Notes under the pieces: model-generated
Database searches by the model: none
What the model was told of the DNA's origin: nothing
Seen by the model: the letters and a program-made list of their open reading frames with translations, nothing else
Source of the DNA: Candidatus Krumholzibacteriia bacterium
GTDB taxonomy: Bacteria > Krumholzibacteriota > Krumholzibacteriia > JAJRXK01
Length of the DNA: 64,000 nt
Direction: 5' to 3'
NCBI GenBank assembly: GCA_041484665.1
Contig: JBGPIA010000007.1
Span: 1-64,000, forward strand
Shown here: positions 26,219-35,007 of the stretch, piece after piece
Layout: every line of letters begins with the position of its first letter
Position numbering within the stretch: the first letter of the stretch is position 1
Program-made: the position numbers and the translations under genes

Positions 26219-26794
26219 TCAATGGCAGACGGCCCCCAGCTCGGCCGAGAAGATCCCCACGTCGGCGAGATTGACGAGCCCGTCCGCGAAGAGATCCGAG
26301 CGGAAATTGAACGCGCCGCGGAGATCCGCGGCGAACGGTCCGACGTCTGCCAGGTTGACGATGCGATCACCGGTGATGTCCGGGCTGTTCACCTCGATGG
26401 CGAGCGGCGGGCTGCCCGTAATGGGCGCGCCGCTCAACGCGACCACCAGGCCACCCTCTGTGAATCCGCCTCCGCGCAGCGTGCCGCTGATGGTCGTGGT
26501 GCCCGCGGCGTCGGTGTTGGCGTCGGCCGAGCTTCCACCCGGACACAGGTTGATCTCGCCAGGCTTCGCGCTCGCAAGCCAGATGTCCTGGAACGGGAAG
26601 TTGGCGATGGGGGCTCCGTTGCCATCGAGCACATGCACGGTGACCACGGAGTTGAGCGATGAGAGCGTCCGTCCCCGACCCGACGGGCTGACCCACAGCG
26701 TACCGCCGCGGGCCGTCGCGGTGCTCAAGCTCGCGCTGGGCACGTGCGCGGGCGAGGCGGCGAGCAAGAGCAGTGCGACGGCCGTCGGACGCAC
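26219..26794 (-). CDS. Secreted protein, paralogue 2 of 25431-26036
   Basis: Aligns end to end with paralogue 1 (LSTATA..GT.W.SP.G, DGNG.PI.NFP..DIW, GSSA.ANT.A.G.TTI.GT, NSPDITGDR.VNLADVGPF, VNLADVGIFSA). GTG 26794 lies just after the S9 stop. Confidence 0.75.
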   Translation of the reverse strand: MRPTAVALLLLAASPAHVPSASLSTATARGGTLWVSPSGRGRTLSSLNSVVTVHVLDGNGAPIANFPFQDIWLASAKPGEINLCPGGSSADANTDAAGTTTISGTLRGGGFTEGGLVVALSGAPITGSPPLAIEVNSPDITGDRIVNLADVGPFAADLRGAFNFRSDLFADGLVNLADVGIFSAELGAVCH

Positions 26795-26799
26795 GATCG

Positions 26800-28986
26800 T
26801 TAGCGACTGGGCTTGGTCGGGGGGCTCTTCGTCCATTGGTCGAGCCAGCCGAGCACGGTGTCGTGCCAGAGGATCCCGTTCTGCGGCTTGAGCACCCAGT
26901 GGTTTTCGTCCGGGAAGTAGAGGAACTTGCTCGGGATGCCCATCCGCTGCGCCGCGGTGAACGTCGCCATCCCTGACGTCTCGACCACGCGGAAGTCCTG
27001 GCCCCCGTGGATCACGAGGATGGGCGTCTTCCAGTTCTGGACGAAGTTCTGCGGGTTGTGCTTCTCGTACCCCTTGGGGTTCGTCCAGGGCGTGCCCTTG
27101 TGATCCCACTCGGGGAACCACAGCTCCTCGGTCTGGTAATAGGCCGCGCGCTCGTCGAGATTGCCGTCGTGGCTGACCAGACAGCGGAAGCGCCCGGGCC
27201 AGTTGCCCTCGATCCAGTTGATCATGTATGCGCCGTACGAGGCCCCCAGCGCCGCGACGCGATCACCGTCCATCCAGGGATAGTGCGCCAGCGCAGCGTC
27301 CAGGCCCTTCTGCAGGTCGACCAGCGGCTTGCCGCCCCAGTCGTCGCCGATGGCGTCGCAGAACGCCTGCCCGTAGCCGGTCGAGCCGTGGAAGTCGACC
27401 ATGATCGCCGCGTAGCCTGCGCCGGCGTAGATCTCGCCGTTCCAGCGGTAGTGGAACTGGTTGGAGAAGGAGCCCTGCGGGCCGCCGTGGATGAGGAAGG
27501 CGACCGGGTATTTCTTCCCCTCCTGGAAGTCCACCGGGCGCACGACGTGCGCGTAGACCAGGTCGTCGTTAGCGCCCTTGAAGCTGAATTGCTCGTGGTC
27601 CCCCATGCGGACCGCCGCCAGCTTCGGCGCGTTGATGTGGGTGATCGGCTTGAGCTCCGAGCCGTCGGCTTTGACCGTGTAGAGCTCGGCGGGGGCCTTG
27701 AGGTCGTCGAGGGCGACCACCAGACGCAGCTTGCCGCCTTGCCCGGCCACGGTCGGTCCATGTGCGTCGCCTTGGGGCACGATCGTGCGCACGCTGCCGC
27801 GCGGGACGTCGATGGCGAACAGCGCGTGTTGCCCCAGGTCGTCCGCATCGGCGAAGAGCGTCTTGCCGTCGAGCGACCACACGATGCTGCTCGGCGAGCG
27901 GTCCCACGCGGGCGCCAGCTCGAGGGCGGCGCCGGGGCCGGTGCCCGCGCCGCCGCCGGCGCGCGCCGGGCTCCAGGGCATAAGCATGATGCGCAGGCGG
28001 TCGGCCTCGTACCCCGCGCGCGCCATCGACAGGTAGGCCAGCGTGCGGCCGTCGGGCGAGAAGAGCGGGCTCGTGTCGGTCCCCTCGTTGGACGTCGTGA
28101 GGCAGACGGGCACTGCGGAGCTGTCGGCCGGCGCCAGGTAGAGGTCCAAGTCGGTGGACCAGGCCTCGACCCTGCCGGCGTCGCGGGCGGTGAACACGAT
28201 CCCGCGGCTGTCCGGCGTGAAGGTGTACTCCTCGGGGCCCCCGAATGGCTTCGACGGACAGTCGGCGTCCATCCCCTTCATCACGTCGACGGGGTCGCCG
28301 CCCGCGGCAGCAACCACGAATACGTGGGAGCGCCGGCCATCGGACCAGGTGTCCCAATGCCGGAAGAAGAGCCGGTCGTAGATCCGGCCACTCGACTTGC
28401 GGGCGGCGGCCTCGTCGAGACGCTTGCCCGTGCAGTCGAGCGTGGGGCAGTCGACGAAGACGTCCATGCTGACCGCGAGCAACTTGCCGTCGGGCGAGAC
28501 TGCCATGCTGCCGGCACCCTGTGGCAAGTGTGTGACCTGCTCGGCCTCGCCGCCGCCCAGGTTGATGCGCCACACCTGCGACGAGCCCGAGCGCGTCGAC
28601 AGGAAGTAGATCGTGCTGCCGTCGGGAGACCAGCGCGCGTTGGTGTCATTGGCCTCGTGCGACGTGAGGCGGCGCAACCCCGTCCCATCGATCCCCACCA
28701 ACCAGAGGTCGGTGCGTCCCTTGTTGGCCGCGAGGTCGGTGACCCGTAGCTGGAACACCACCAGGCGCCCGTCGGGAGAGGCCTGGGGCTCGGAGACGCG
28801 GTCCATCGCCCACAGATCGTGCACGTCGAAGGGGTGCGTCGCGCCTGCTCCCTGATCGGCCGCGCGTATGCCGGCACCGGCCAGGGCCAGGCAGGGCAAC
28901 GCGAGGGCTCCCAGCAGCGAGCCCCGTGCGAGGCTGCGCAGACGGGTCGTGAGGGTTCGCGGACGGACATGGGTCGTCGTTGCCAA
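26800..28986 (-). CDS. S9 family peptidase (prolyl oligopeptidase / dipeptidyl-peptidase 5 type), exported
   Basis: PD40/WD-like repeats (SPDG), HGGPQ, nucleophile GASYG, HGGQDFRV, FPDENHWVLK. TTG 28986 follows AAGGAG; signal peptide. Confidence 0.92.
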   Translation of the reverse strand: MATTTHVRPRTLTTRLRSLARGSLLGALALPCLALAGAGIRAADQGAGATHPFDVHDLWAMDRVSEPQASPDGRLVVFQLRVTDLAANKGRTDLWLVGIDGTGLRRLTSHEANDTNARWSPDGSTIYFLSTRSGSSQVWRINLGGGEAEQVTHLPQGAGSMAVSPDGKLLAVSMDVFVDCPTLDCTGKRLDEAAARKSSGRIYDRLFFRHWDTWSDGRRSHVFVVAAAGGDPVDVMKGMDADCPSKPFGGPEEYTFTPDSRGIVFTARDAGRVEAWSTDLDLYLAPADSSAVPVCLTTSNEGTDTSPLFSPDGRTLAYLSMARAGYEADRLRIMLMPWSPARAGGGAGTGPGAALELAPAWDRSPSSIVWSLDGKTLFADADDLGQHALFAIDVPRGSVRTIVPQGDAHGPTVAGQGGKLRLVVALDDLKAPAELYTVKADGSELKPITHINAPKLAAVRMGDHEQFSFKGANDDLVYAHVVRPVDFQEGKKYPVAFLIHGGPQGSFSNQFHYRWNGEIYAGAGYAAIMVDFHGSTGYGQAFCDAIGDDWGGKPLVDLQKGLDAALAHYPWMDGDRVAALGASYGAYMINWIEGNWPGRFRCLVSHDGNLDERAAYYQTEELWFPEWDHKGTPWTNPKGYEKHNPQNFVQNWKTPILVIHGGQDFRVVETSGMATFTAAQRMGIPSKFLYFPDENHWVLKPQNGILWHDTVLGWLDQWTKSPPTKPSR

Positions 28987-29125
28987 GGATCGGCTCCTTC
29001 CCCGTGGGACATGACCGGTGGGCAGCAGGCTGCGTGGCGCGGCTGCGGACGATGCTATGCGGTGCCTAGCGCCTGCGACAAGTCCCCAGCGCGGGCGAAC
29101 GCGCGCCGGTGGAGCGCCGCGGGGC

Positions 29126-29842
29126 TCACGCCTCATCCGGGTGGTCGGGTAGGCATCCGCAGCGGTCGAGGTGGAAGGCGTGCTGCGCACGCACGACCTC
29201 GTTGTGGAACAGCGAGTCCACGACCACCCCCACGAACTCGGCGGGTCGCCCCGCACGGAATGCCGGGGCCCCGCTCAACCCGTTCAGGCTGGCCGGCATG
29301 TCGACGCGGCGCAGCACGGCGCCGAAGCGCCGCGCCGTCGCCGACTCCACGCAGAACGTGAACGTCAGCTGCGCCGGCCATTGGTCGCGGGGGTACCCCA
29401 GCACCACGATCTCCTCGCCGGGACGGACGGGCTGCGGCGGCCAGTGCCGCGGGTTGTAGAAGGAGGCCTCGCGCCCGATCCACAAGAGCTCCTCGGGCGC
29501 GATCCGGAAGGTGGCCAGGTCGTGTTCGGAGCTGACGGACAGGAGCCGCTCCTTCAGGTTTCCGATCTCCAGGTCCCCCAGCCAGACGCGCGCGTCGGGG
29601 TCGGCGAGCTTGCGTTCCAGGAACGCGCTGACCACGTGTGCCGCGGTGACCACGAACGGCTGGTCCAGCCACAGCAGCGCCGCGGAGGCGTTGCAGATGT
29701 CTTTGGGGCCCGCGCCGTTGCGCGAGCAGAGGGAGAGTGGGAGTGCGTGGGAGGCGAGAGGGAGCATGGACGTCGGCGCCCGCGGGAGCACGGAGCCTTG
29801 GGGGGGGCCTCGGCGCCGGGGGGCACTGGAAGCGCCCCTCAC
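29126..29842 (-). CDS. Trypsin-like serine protease domain protein
   Basis: VVTAAHVV (His), HDLATF (Asp), LGYP, GLSGAPAF (Ser). No signal peptide seen; start uncertain. Confidence 0.6.
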   Translation of the reverse strand: MRGASSAPRRRGPPQGSVLPRAPTSMLPLASHALPLSLCSRNGAGPKDICNASAALLWLDQPFVVTAAHVVSAFLERKLADPDARVWLGDLEIGNLKERLLSVSSEHDLATFRIAPEELLWIGREASFYNPRHWPPQPVRPGEEIVVLGYPRDQWPAQLTFTFCVESATARRFGAVLRRVDMPASLNGLSGAPAFRAGRPAEFVGVVVDSLFHNEVVRAQHAFHLDRCGCLPDHPDEA

Positions 29843-29890
29843 ATAAGCCGCGCGGGCGTGCGTCCGCCAGGGGGCGGCAGGTGATCCGCC

Positions 29891-31570
29891 TCAGGGCGGC
29901 GTGGCCAGCTCGGCGGCGATCCGCCGCAGCAGCTTCCAGGTGGACGCCAGATGGCGCCGCTGCGTGCGCAGATTGCCCACCGCCAAGCGCAGCGCGAAGC
30001 GCCCTTGCACCATCGTGTGCGAGAGGAACGCGCGGCCGCTGGCGTTGATACGCCGCAGGATCTCCTCGTTGTGGGCCTGCAGCACCGACTCGGGGAGCCG
30101 CGCGGGACGGTCGGGGGTGCGCCCAGGGCCATCCGGATGGTGGCGAAACAGGACGGTGCTCATGGGCGCCGGAGCCATGACCTCCCAGCCCACCGCCTCT
30201 TCGATCCACTCCCGCCATTGTCGCGCCAGCTCCACGTGGCCGCGGACGCGCTGCGCCATCCCCCGCGCGCCGAAGGTGCGGATCACCATCCACAGCTTCA
30301 ACGCGCGGAAGCGCCGGCCGAGGGCCGGACCGTAGTCCATGAGGTTGCGAGCCAGGCCGTCCTCGGGCGTCATCAGATAGGCTGGTACGAGTGCGAACGC
30401 CCGTCGGATCGCCTCGGGGCGCCTGCAATAGAGAACACTGAGATCCATGGGCACGAACAGCCACTTGTGCGGGTTGACCACCAGGCTGTCGGCGCGCGCG
30501 CAGCCGTCCAACACCCACCGGTACTCGGGCACGATCGCCATCGCCCCTCCGTAGGCGGCGTCGACGTGCAGCCAGACGTCCTCACGGGCACAGATGTCCG
30601 CGATGGCTGCCACGGGGTCGACGCTGGTCGTGGAGGTGGTCCCCACCGTGGCCACGACCGCCATGGGCGTGCACCCGTCGCGCCGGTCCCGGGCGATGGC
30701 TGCCGCCAGCGAGGCGGGGTCCATCCGGAAGGCCGGGTCGACGTCGATCTTGCGCACGCCGGCTTGGCCGAGCCCCAGCACGATGGCAGCTTTCTCCACC
30801 GAGCTGTGCGCCTCCTGGCTCGCGTAGAGCGTCAGGCGGGGACCGCCAGCCAGGCCACGCTCGCGCACCCCGCCGTCGGTCACCACCTCGCGCGCAGCTG
30901 CGAGCGCCACCAGCGTACTGATGCTGGCCGTATCGTTGATGTGGCCGTCGAAGCTCGCAGGCAGACCCATCATCTGGCGCAGCCACGCGAGGACTACCGC
31001 CTCTAGCTCGGTGGCGGCGGGCGCCGTGCGCCAGAGCATGGCGTTGGCGTTGAACGCAGCGGTGAGCGACTCGGCGAGGATGCCGGGCACGCTCGCCGTA
31101 TTGGCAAAGTAGGCGTGGAATCCAGGATGGTTCCAATGGGTGATGCCAGGCAGCAGCACCTGCTCGATGTCGCGCAGGATCGCGTCGAATGGCTCGCCAT
31201 CGTCGGGCGGCTGCGGCGGCAGCCGGGCGGCAATCTCCCCCGGTGCGACCTGCGCCATCACCGGATAGCGCTCCAGGCCGGCGAGATAGGACGCCGTCCA
31301 GTCGGCAACGCGGCGCGCGTACCGGCGGAACTCCTCGGGCGAGAGATCGCCCGGCGCATCGGGCGCGGCGCGGGCGGAAGGAGCGCCGCGGGCTGCGGGG
31401 GGTGTATGCGCCTTGCGGGACATGTGCGCCTTGCGGGGCGTGCGTGGCTTGCCGGGCGTGCGTGGATTGCCGGGCGCACCTGCCTTGACGGGCGGTCGTG
31501 CCTTGCCCGCCCTGCGCGCGGCGGCGGGCTTGCGCCCGGCGCGAGCGGACGAGCGTCTAGTGCTTGCCAC
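29891..31570 (-). CDS. PLP-dependent aromatic-L-amino-acid decarboxylase (group II)
   Basis: PGITHWNHP.FHAYF, PAATELE, HSSVEKAA, ATVGTTSTTSVD, WLHVDAAYGG, NPHKW (PLP Lys), GRRFRALKLW. Start is either GTG 31570 (basic repetitive tail) or ATG 31423. Confidence 0.9.
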   Translation of the reverse strand: MASTRRSSARAGRKPAAARRAGKARPPVKAGAPGNPRTPGKPRTPRKAHMSRKAHTPPAARGAPSARAAPDAPGDLSPEEFRRYARRVADWTASYLAGLERYPVMAQVAPGEIAARLPPQPPDDGEPFDAILRDIEQVLLPGITHWNHPGFHAYFANTASVPGILAESLTAAFNANAMLWRTAPAATELEAVVLAWLRQMMGLPASFDGHINDTASISTLVALAAAREVVTDGGVRERGLAGGPRLTLYASQEAHSSVEKAAIVLGLGQAGVRKIDVDPAFRMDPASLAAAIARDRRDGCTPMAVVATVGTTSTTSVDPVAAIADICAREDVWLHVDAAYGGAMAIVPEYRWVLDGCARADSLVVNPHKWLFVPMDLSVLYCRRPEAIRRAFALVPAYLMTPEDGLARNLMDYGPALGRRFRALKLWMVIRTFGARGMAQRVRGHVELARQWREWIEEAVGWEVMAPAPMSTVLFRHHPDGPGRTPDRPARLPESVLQAHNEEILRRINASGRAFLSHTMVQGRFALRLAVGNLRTQRRHLASTWKLLRRIAAELATPP

Positions 31571-31934
31571 CGCCCTTGCCCGTCTTCCACTCGGGGACGT
31601 GGACACCCTTGCTGAGCAGCCGCTCCTTGGGTGGAAGCTTCGACACGAACGCCAGCGCCCGCTCGAGCCAGGCGTGCAGCGCGGCGTCCTCGGCGACAGC
31701 CGCGGCCGGGATCTTCGCGTAGACGGGGCGCCCCGGGGGGCCCGCACGCCATGGTTTCGCTCCCGGCATTTGCAGCGCCTCCTCGTGGTCCTGCGGCGAC
31801 AGACGCAGCACCAGATCGCCCCCGTCGTCCGCGGCGAAGAAGCTGCCCAGGTGCAGGAACGTCCTCACGTCGAAGACGGAGCGGTCCTCGATGAAGGGCT
31901 TGCCGGCAGCCCAGCGGGCGATGCGGTCCTTCAC
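31557..31934 (-). CDS. TfoX N-terminal-like domain protein
   Basis: 125 aa with F......G.FFA...G.LVLRL and EDAALHAWLERALAFVSKLPPK, as in TfoX/Sxy-like small proteins. Confidence 0.65.
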   Translation of the reverse strand: MKDRIARWAAGKPFIEDRSVFDVRTFLHLGSFFAADDGGDLVLRLSPQDHEEALQMPGAKPWRAGPPGRPVYAKIPAAAVAEDAALHAWLERALAFVSKLPPKERLLSKGVHVPEWKTGKGGGKH

Positions 31935-32227
31935 GGAAGGGTCCTCCTGCGGACAGCGCGCGGGGTGATCGCTTGGGTTCGCACCGCGGGGAAGCCTGCG
32001 GGCTGCGACACGAGCGCGGCAAGATCATGCGGTGGGCTGCATGCTGCGTCAACGGGTCGTCCAACCTGCACGCGAGCCCTTGTCGCTGGTGCGGCAGGGA
32101 CCTATCTTCGCCCCCTGGCCGGACGCCGAGCGCAACCCGCAGGGGAGCGGCTCCGTTTCGTCGGACCCGGCCGGCGCTGGCGTCAGGGGCCAGCACCCCG
32201 ACCTACCCTATCGCAAGGAAGGTTGCC

Positions 32228-34264
32228 GTGAGCACGCAACGGCCGATCGGCGTCATCGGCGCCGGGAACATGGGCAGCGGAATCGCGCAGAAGATCGCCA
32301 CCGAGGGACTGCCCGTGGTGCTGGTCGACGTGGACATGGCGACGGTCAACCGCGGCATGCAGCGCATCCGCACCCTGCTCAACGAGGGCGTACAACGGCG
32401 GATCTTTACGCCAGCGCAGGTCGAGCAGATCCTGGGGCGCATCCACCCCACCTCCGAGTTGCCAGCGTGCAAGGACTGCGAGCTGGTCATCGAGGCGGTC
32501 TTCGAGGACCTGGACCTCAAGCGTGATCTGCTCCGCAAACTGGACGTCATCTGCCGGCCCGACACGCGTCTGGCAACCAACACCAGCAGCTTCTTCGTGC
32601 GCGACGTCGCCGACGCGACCCGCCGCCCCGACCGCGTGCTGGGGATGCACTTCTTCTACCACCCGGCCAAGAACCGCCTGGTCGAGTTGATCGGGGGCAC
32701 CGAGACCAGCGCGCAGACGCTGCGCTGGGCGTGGACTTTCGCCGAGGTGATCGGCAAGACGCCCATCGCCTCCGCGGACGCGCCGGGCTTCGTGGTCAAC
32801 CGCTACTTCGTACCCTGGGTCAACGAAGCCATCCGGCTGCTGGAGGCCGGCATGGCCGACATCCCGACCATCGAGGCAGCGGCCAAGGAGGCCTTCCACA
32901 TCGGGATGGGGCCTTTCGAGCTCATGAACGTCACCGGCGTGCCCATCGCGATGCACGCCGCCACGACCCTGGGCGAGGAGCTGGGCCCGTTCTACGCGCC
33001 TGCGCCGCTGCTGGTGCGGCAGGGCGAGGCGGAGAGGCCCTGGAGCCTGGCCGGCGATCCCGACCGCGGCAAGTTCGCCGCGGTGGCCGACCGGTTGCAG
33101 GCCGTGACGTTCTACGTCGCCGCCCAGATGGTGGATGAGGGGGTCTGCACGGTCGAGGATGCGGACATCGGCGCGCGCGTGGGACTGCGCTGGGAGCTGG
33201 GGCCATTCCAGCTCATGAACCGCGCGGGCCTCGCCGCGGTGGTGAAGAAGGTGGAATCGCTGGCCGCGCTCTACCCGCAAGTCCAGGTGCCCAAGCTGCT
33301 GCGCGGGCAAGCTGACCTCGGCAAACCGTTCGTCTTCCAGCTCGTGCGCCTGCGCGCCGAGAATGGGCTGGCCGAGATCACGATCAACCGTCCCGACGCA
33401 CTCAACGCACTCAACGAGGAGGTCATCGACCAGCTCGCGCATGCGTTCGATGACGCCGATCGCCGGCCCGACGTCCGCACGATCGTGCTGCGCGGGGCGG
33501 GCAAGGCCTTCGTGGCGGGGGCCGACGTGAAGTCCTTCCTCGAGAGCCTGGCGGCGAAGGATCTCGACCGCATCTACGCCTTCACGCAGAAGGGGCAGGC
33601 GCTCTTCAAGCGCATCGACGCATCGGCCAAGCTCGTGATCGCCCGACTGGATGGGTTGAGCCTGGGCGGGGGCACCGAGTTGGCGCTGTGCGCCGATTAC
33701 ATCATCGCCACCGAGAGGGGCAGCCTCGGCTTTCCCGAGACGGGCATCGGCATCTATCCCGGGCTGGGCGGCACGCAGCGCGCCGCGCGACGCGTGGGCG
33801 TCGGGCTGGCGCGGTACCTGATCCTGTCGGGCGACACGGTCGACGCGGTGACGGCGCTAACCATGGGCCTGGTCGACGACGTCGTGCGCACCGAACAGAT
33901 CGGTGAGCGCATCCTGCAGATCCACAAGGGCGGCAAGCGTCCCGCTCAAGCCGAGCCCGACCTGGACGAGTGGCTCACCCAGGTGCAGGAGCTGTTCGAG
34001 GGTGCCGACCTGGAGCGGCTGCTCAAGGGTGCCGTCGGCCACGCCGATCCCTCGGTGGCAAAGGCGGCGGGCAAGGTGCGCCACAAGGCGCCCATCGCCT
34101 GCCGCATGGCCGACCGGATGATCCGCGAGGGCGCCGAGCGCGGGGTCGAGCACGGGCTGGAGATGGAGCTCTCCCATCTCAAGGAGATCTTCTCGACGGA
34201 CGACGCCCACGAAGGGCTCAGCGCCCTGGTGCAGGGGCGGCGGCCGACGTTCCAGGGCAAATAG
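32228..34264 (+). CDS. Bifunctional 3-hydroxyacyl-CoA dehydrogenase / enoyl-CoA hydratase (dehydrogenase N-terminal)
   Basis: GTG 32228 after AAGGAAGG. GAGNMGSGIA, IEAVFED, ATNTSS, GMHFFYHPAKN, PGFVVNR, MGPFELM. C-terminal crotonase INRPDALNAL, AFVAGADV, LGGGTELALCAD, FPETGIGIYPGLGGTQR. Confidence 0.92.
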   Translation: MSTQRPIGVIGAGNMGSGIAQKIATEGLPVVLVDVDMATVNRGMQRIRTLLNEGVQRRIFTPAQVEQILGRIHPTSELPACKDCELVIEAVFEDLDLKRDLLRKLDVICRPDTRLATNTSSFFVRDVADATRRPDRVLGMHFFYHPAKNRLVELIGGTETSAQTLRWAWTFAEVIGKTPIASADAPGFVVNRYFVPWVNEAIRLLEAGMADIPTIEAAAKEAFHIGMGPFELMNVTGVPIAMHAATTLGEELGPFYAPAPLLVRQGEAERPWSLAGDPDRGKFAAVADRLQAVTFYVAAQMVDEGVCTVEDADIGARVGLRWELGPFQLMNRAGLAAVVKKVESLAALYPQVQVPKLLRGQADLGKPFVFQLVRLRAENGLAEITINRPDALNALNEEVIDQLAHAFDDADRRPDVRTIVLRGAGKAFVAGADVKSFLESLAAKDLDRIYAFTQKGQALFKRIDASAKLVIARLDGLSLGGGTELALCADYIIATERGSLGFPETGIGIYPGLGGTQRAARRVGVGLARYLILSGDTVDAVTALTMGLVDDVVRTEQIGERILQIHKGGKRPAQAEPDLDEWLTQVQELFEGADLERLLKGAVGHADPSVAKAAGKVRHKAPIACRMADRMIREGAERGVEHGLEMELSHLKEIFSTDDAHEGLSALVQGRRPTFQGK

Positions 34265-34419
34265 CCAAAGGCCGCCACCGTGGGCGTGCCGGTGGGGTCC
34301 ATCGGCCCGCGGTGCGGCGGAACGAGACAGCGGCATGCGGCGGAAGCGGCCGGGGAGGCGATCTCCCCGGCCGCTCCCCGTTGCGGCGCACAGCCCAAGG
34401 CGCCGGCCCCGGCCCGCCG

Positions 34420-34872
34420 CTACCGGCCCGTCCTGCGCAGCGCCGCCAGCAGCGAATCGGGATGCTGCACGCTGATGAGTAGGCTGTAATCCTGCGCGGT
34501 GGGCAGGTAGAGGACGCGCCGGCGGTCCGTGACGAAGACCAGGCTCTTCTCGCCGTTGCGCAGCCGGAACCACCCGGAGGAGTATCCGGGCATGACCGTA
34601 CCGTTGCGCTTGCCTACTGGCTGCAGGGCGACCTCGCGCGTAAGGTCCACGACCCGGGCGTCCGCAAGCGCCAGGGCCAAGAGCGGGATGCTCCGCCCGT
34701 AGAGATCTCGCCGGATCCGCAGATTCGTCCCGGAGACCTCCACCGTCATGTGGCGCGAGGACCACGCCATGTAGCCGAACATCGCGAGCAGCCCGCCGAA
34801 GAGCACCGCCAACCCCACAAGCATCCAAAGGGGGCCGCTCCCGGCCGGAGGTACGGCGAACACCTGCTTCAT
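34420..34872 (-). CDS. Membrane protein with bacterial PH domain
   Basis: One N-terminal TM, then KRNGTVMPGYSSGWFRLRNGEKSLVFVTDR...LLIS, typical of bPH-type domains. GAGGTG RBS. Confidence 0.75.
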   Translation of the reverse strand: MKQVFAVPPAGSGPLWMLVGLAVLFGGLLAMFGYMAWSSRHMTVEVSGTNLRIRRDLYGRSIPLLALALADARVVDLTREVALQPVGKRNGTVMPGYSSGWFRLRNGEKSLVFVTDRRRVLYLPTAQDYSLLISVQHPDSLLAALRRTGR

Positions 34873-34978
34873 CGGCTCACCTCGCCCTCGATTGGCCCGC
34901 TGATCTCATCGATCCACCTCGTCCACGATCGGCCGGCTCGTCTCATCGATCCACCTCGTCCACGATCGACCCGCTGAC
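34868..34978. repeat. 37-bp tandem repeat x3, each unit carrying an RBS and ATG on the minus strand
   Basis: Units at 34868, 34905 and 34942. Units 2 and 3 share CTCATCGATCCACCTCGTCCACGATCG exactly. Confidence 0.85.
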
Positions 34979-35007
34979 TCCACCAGTGCCCTGCCCGCGC
35001 GATCGGC

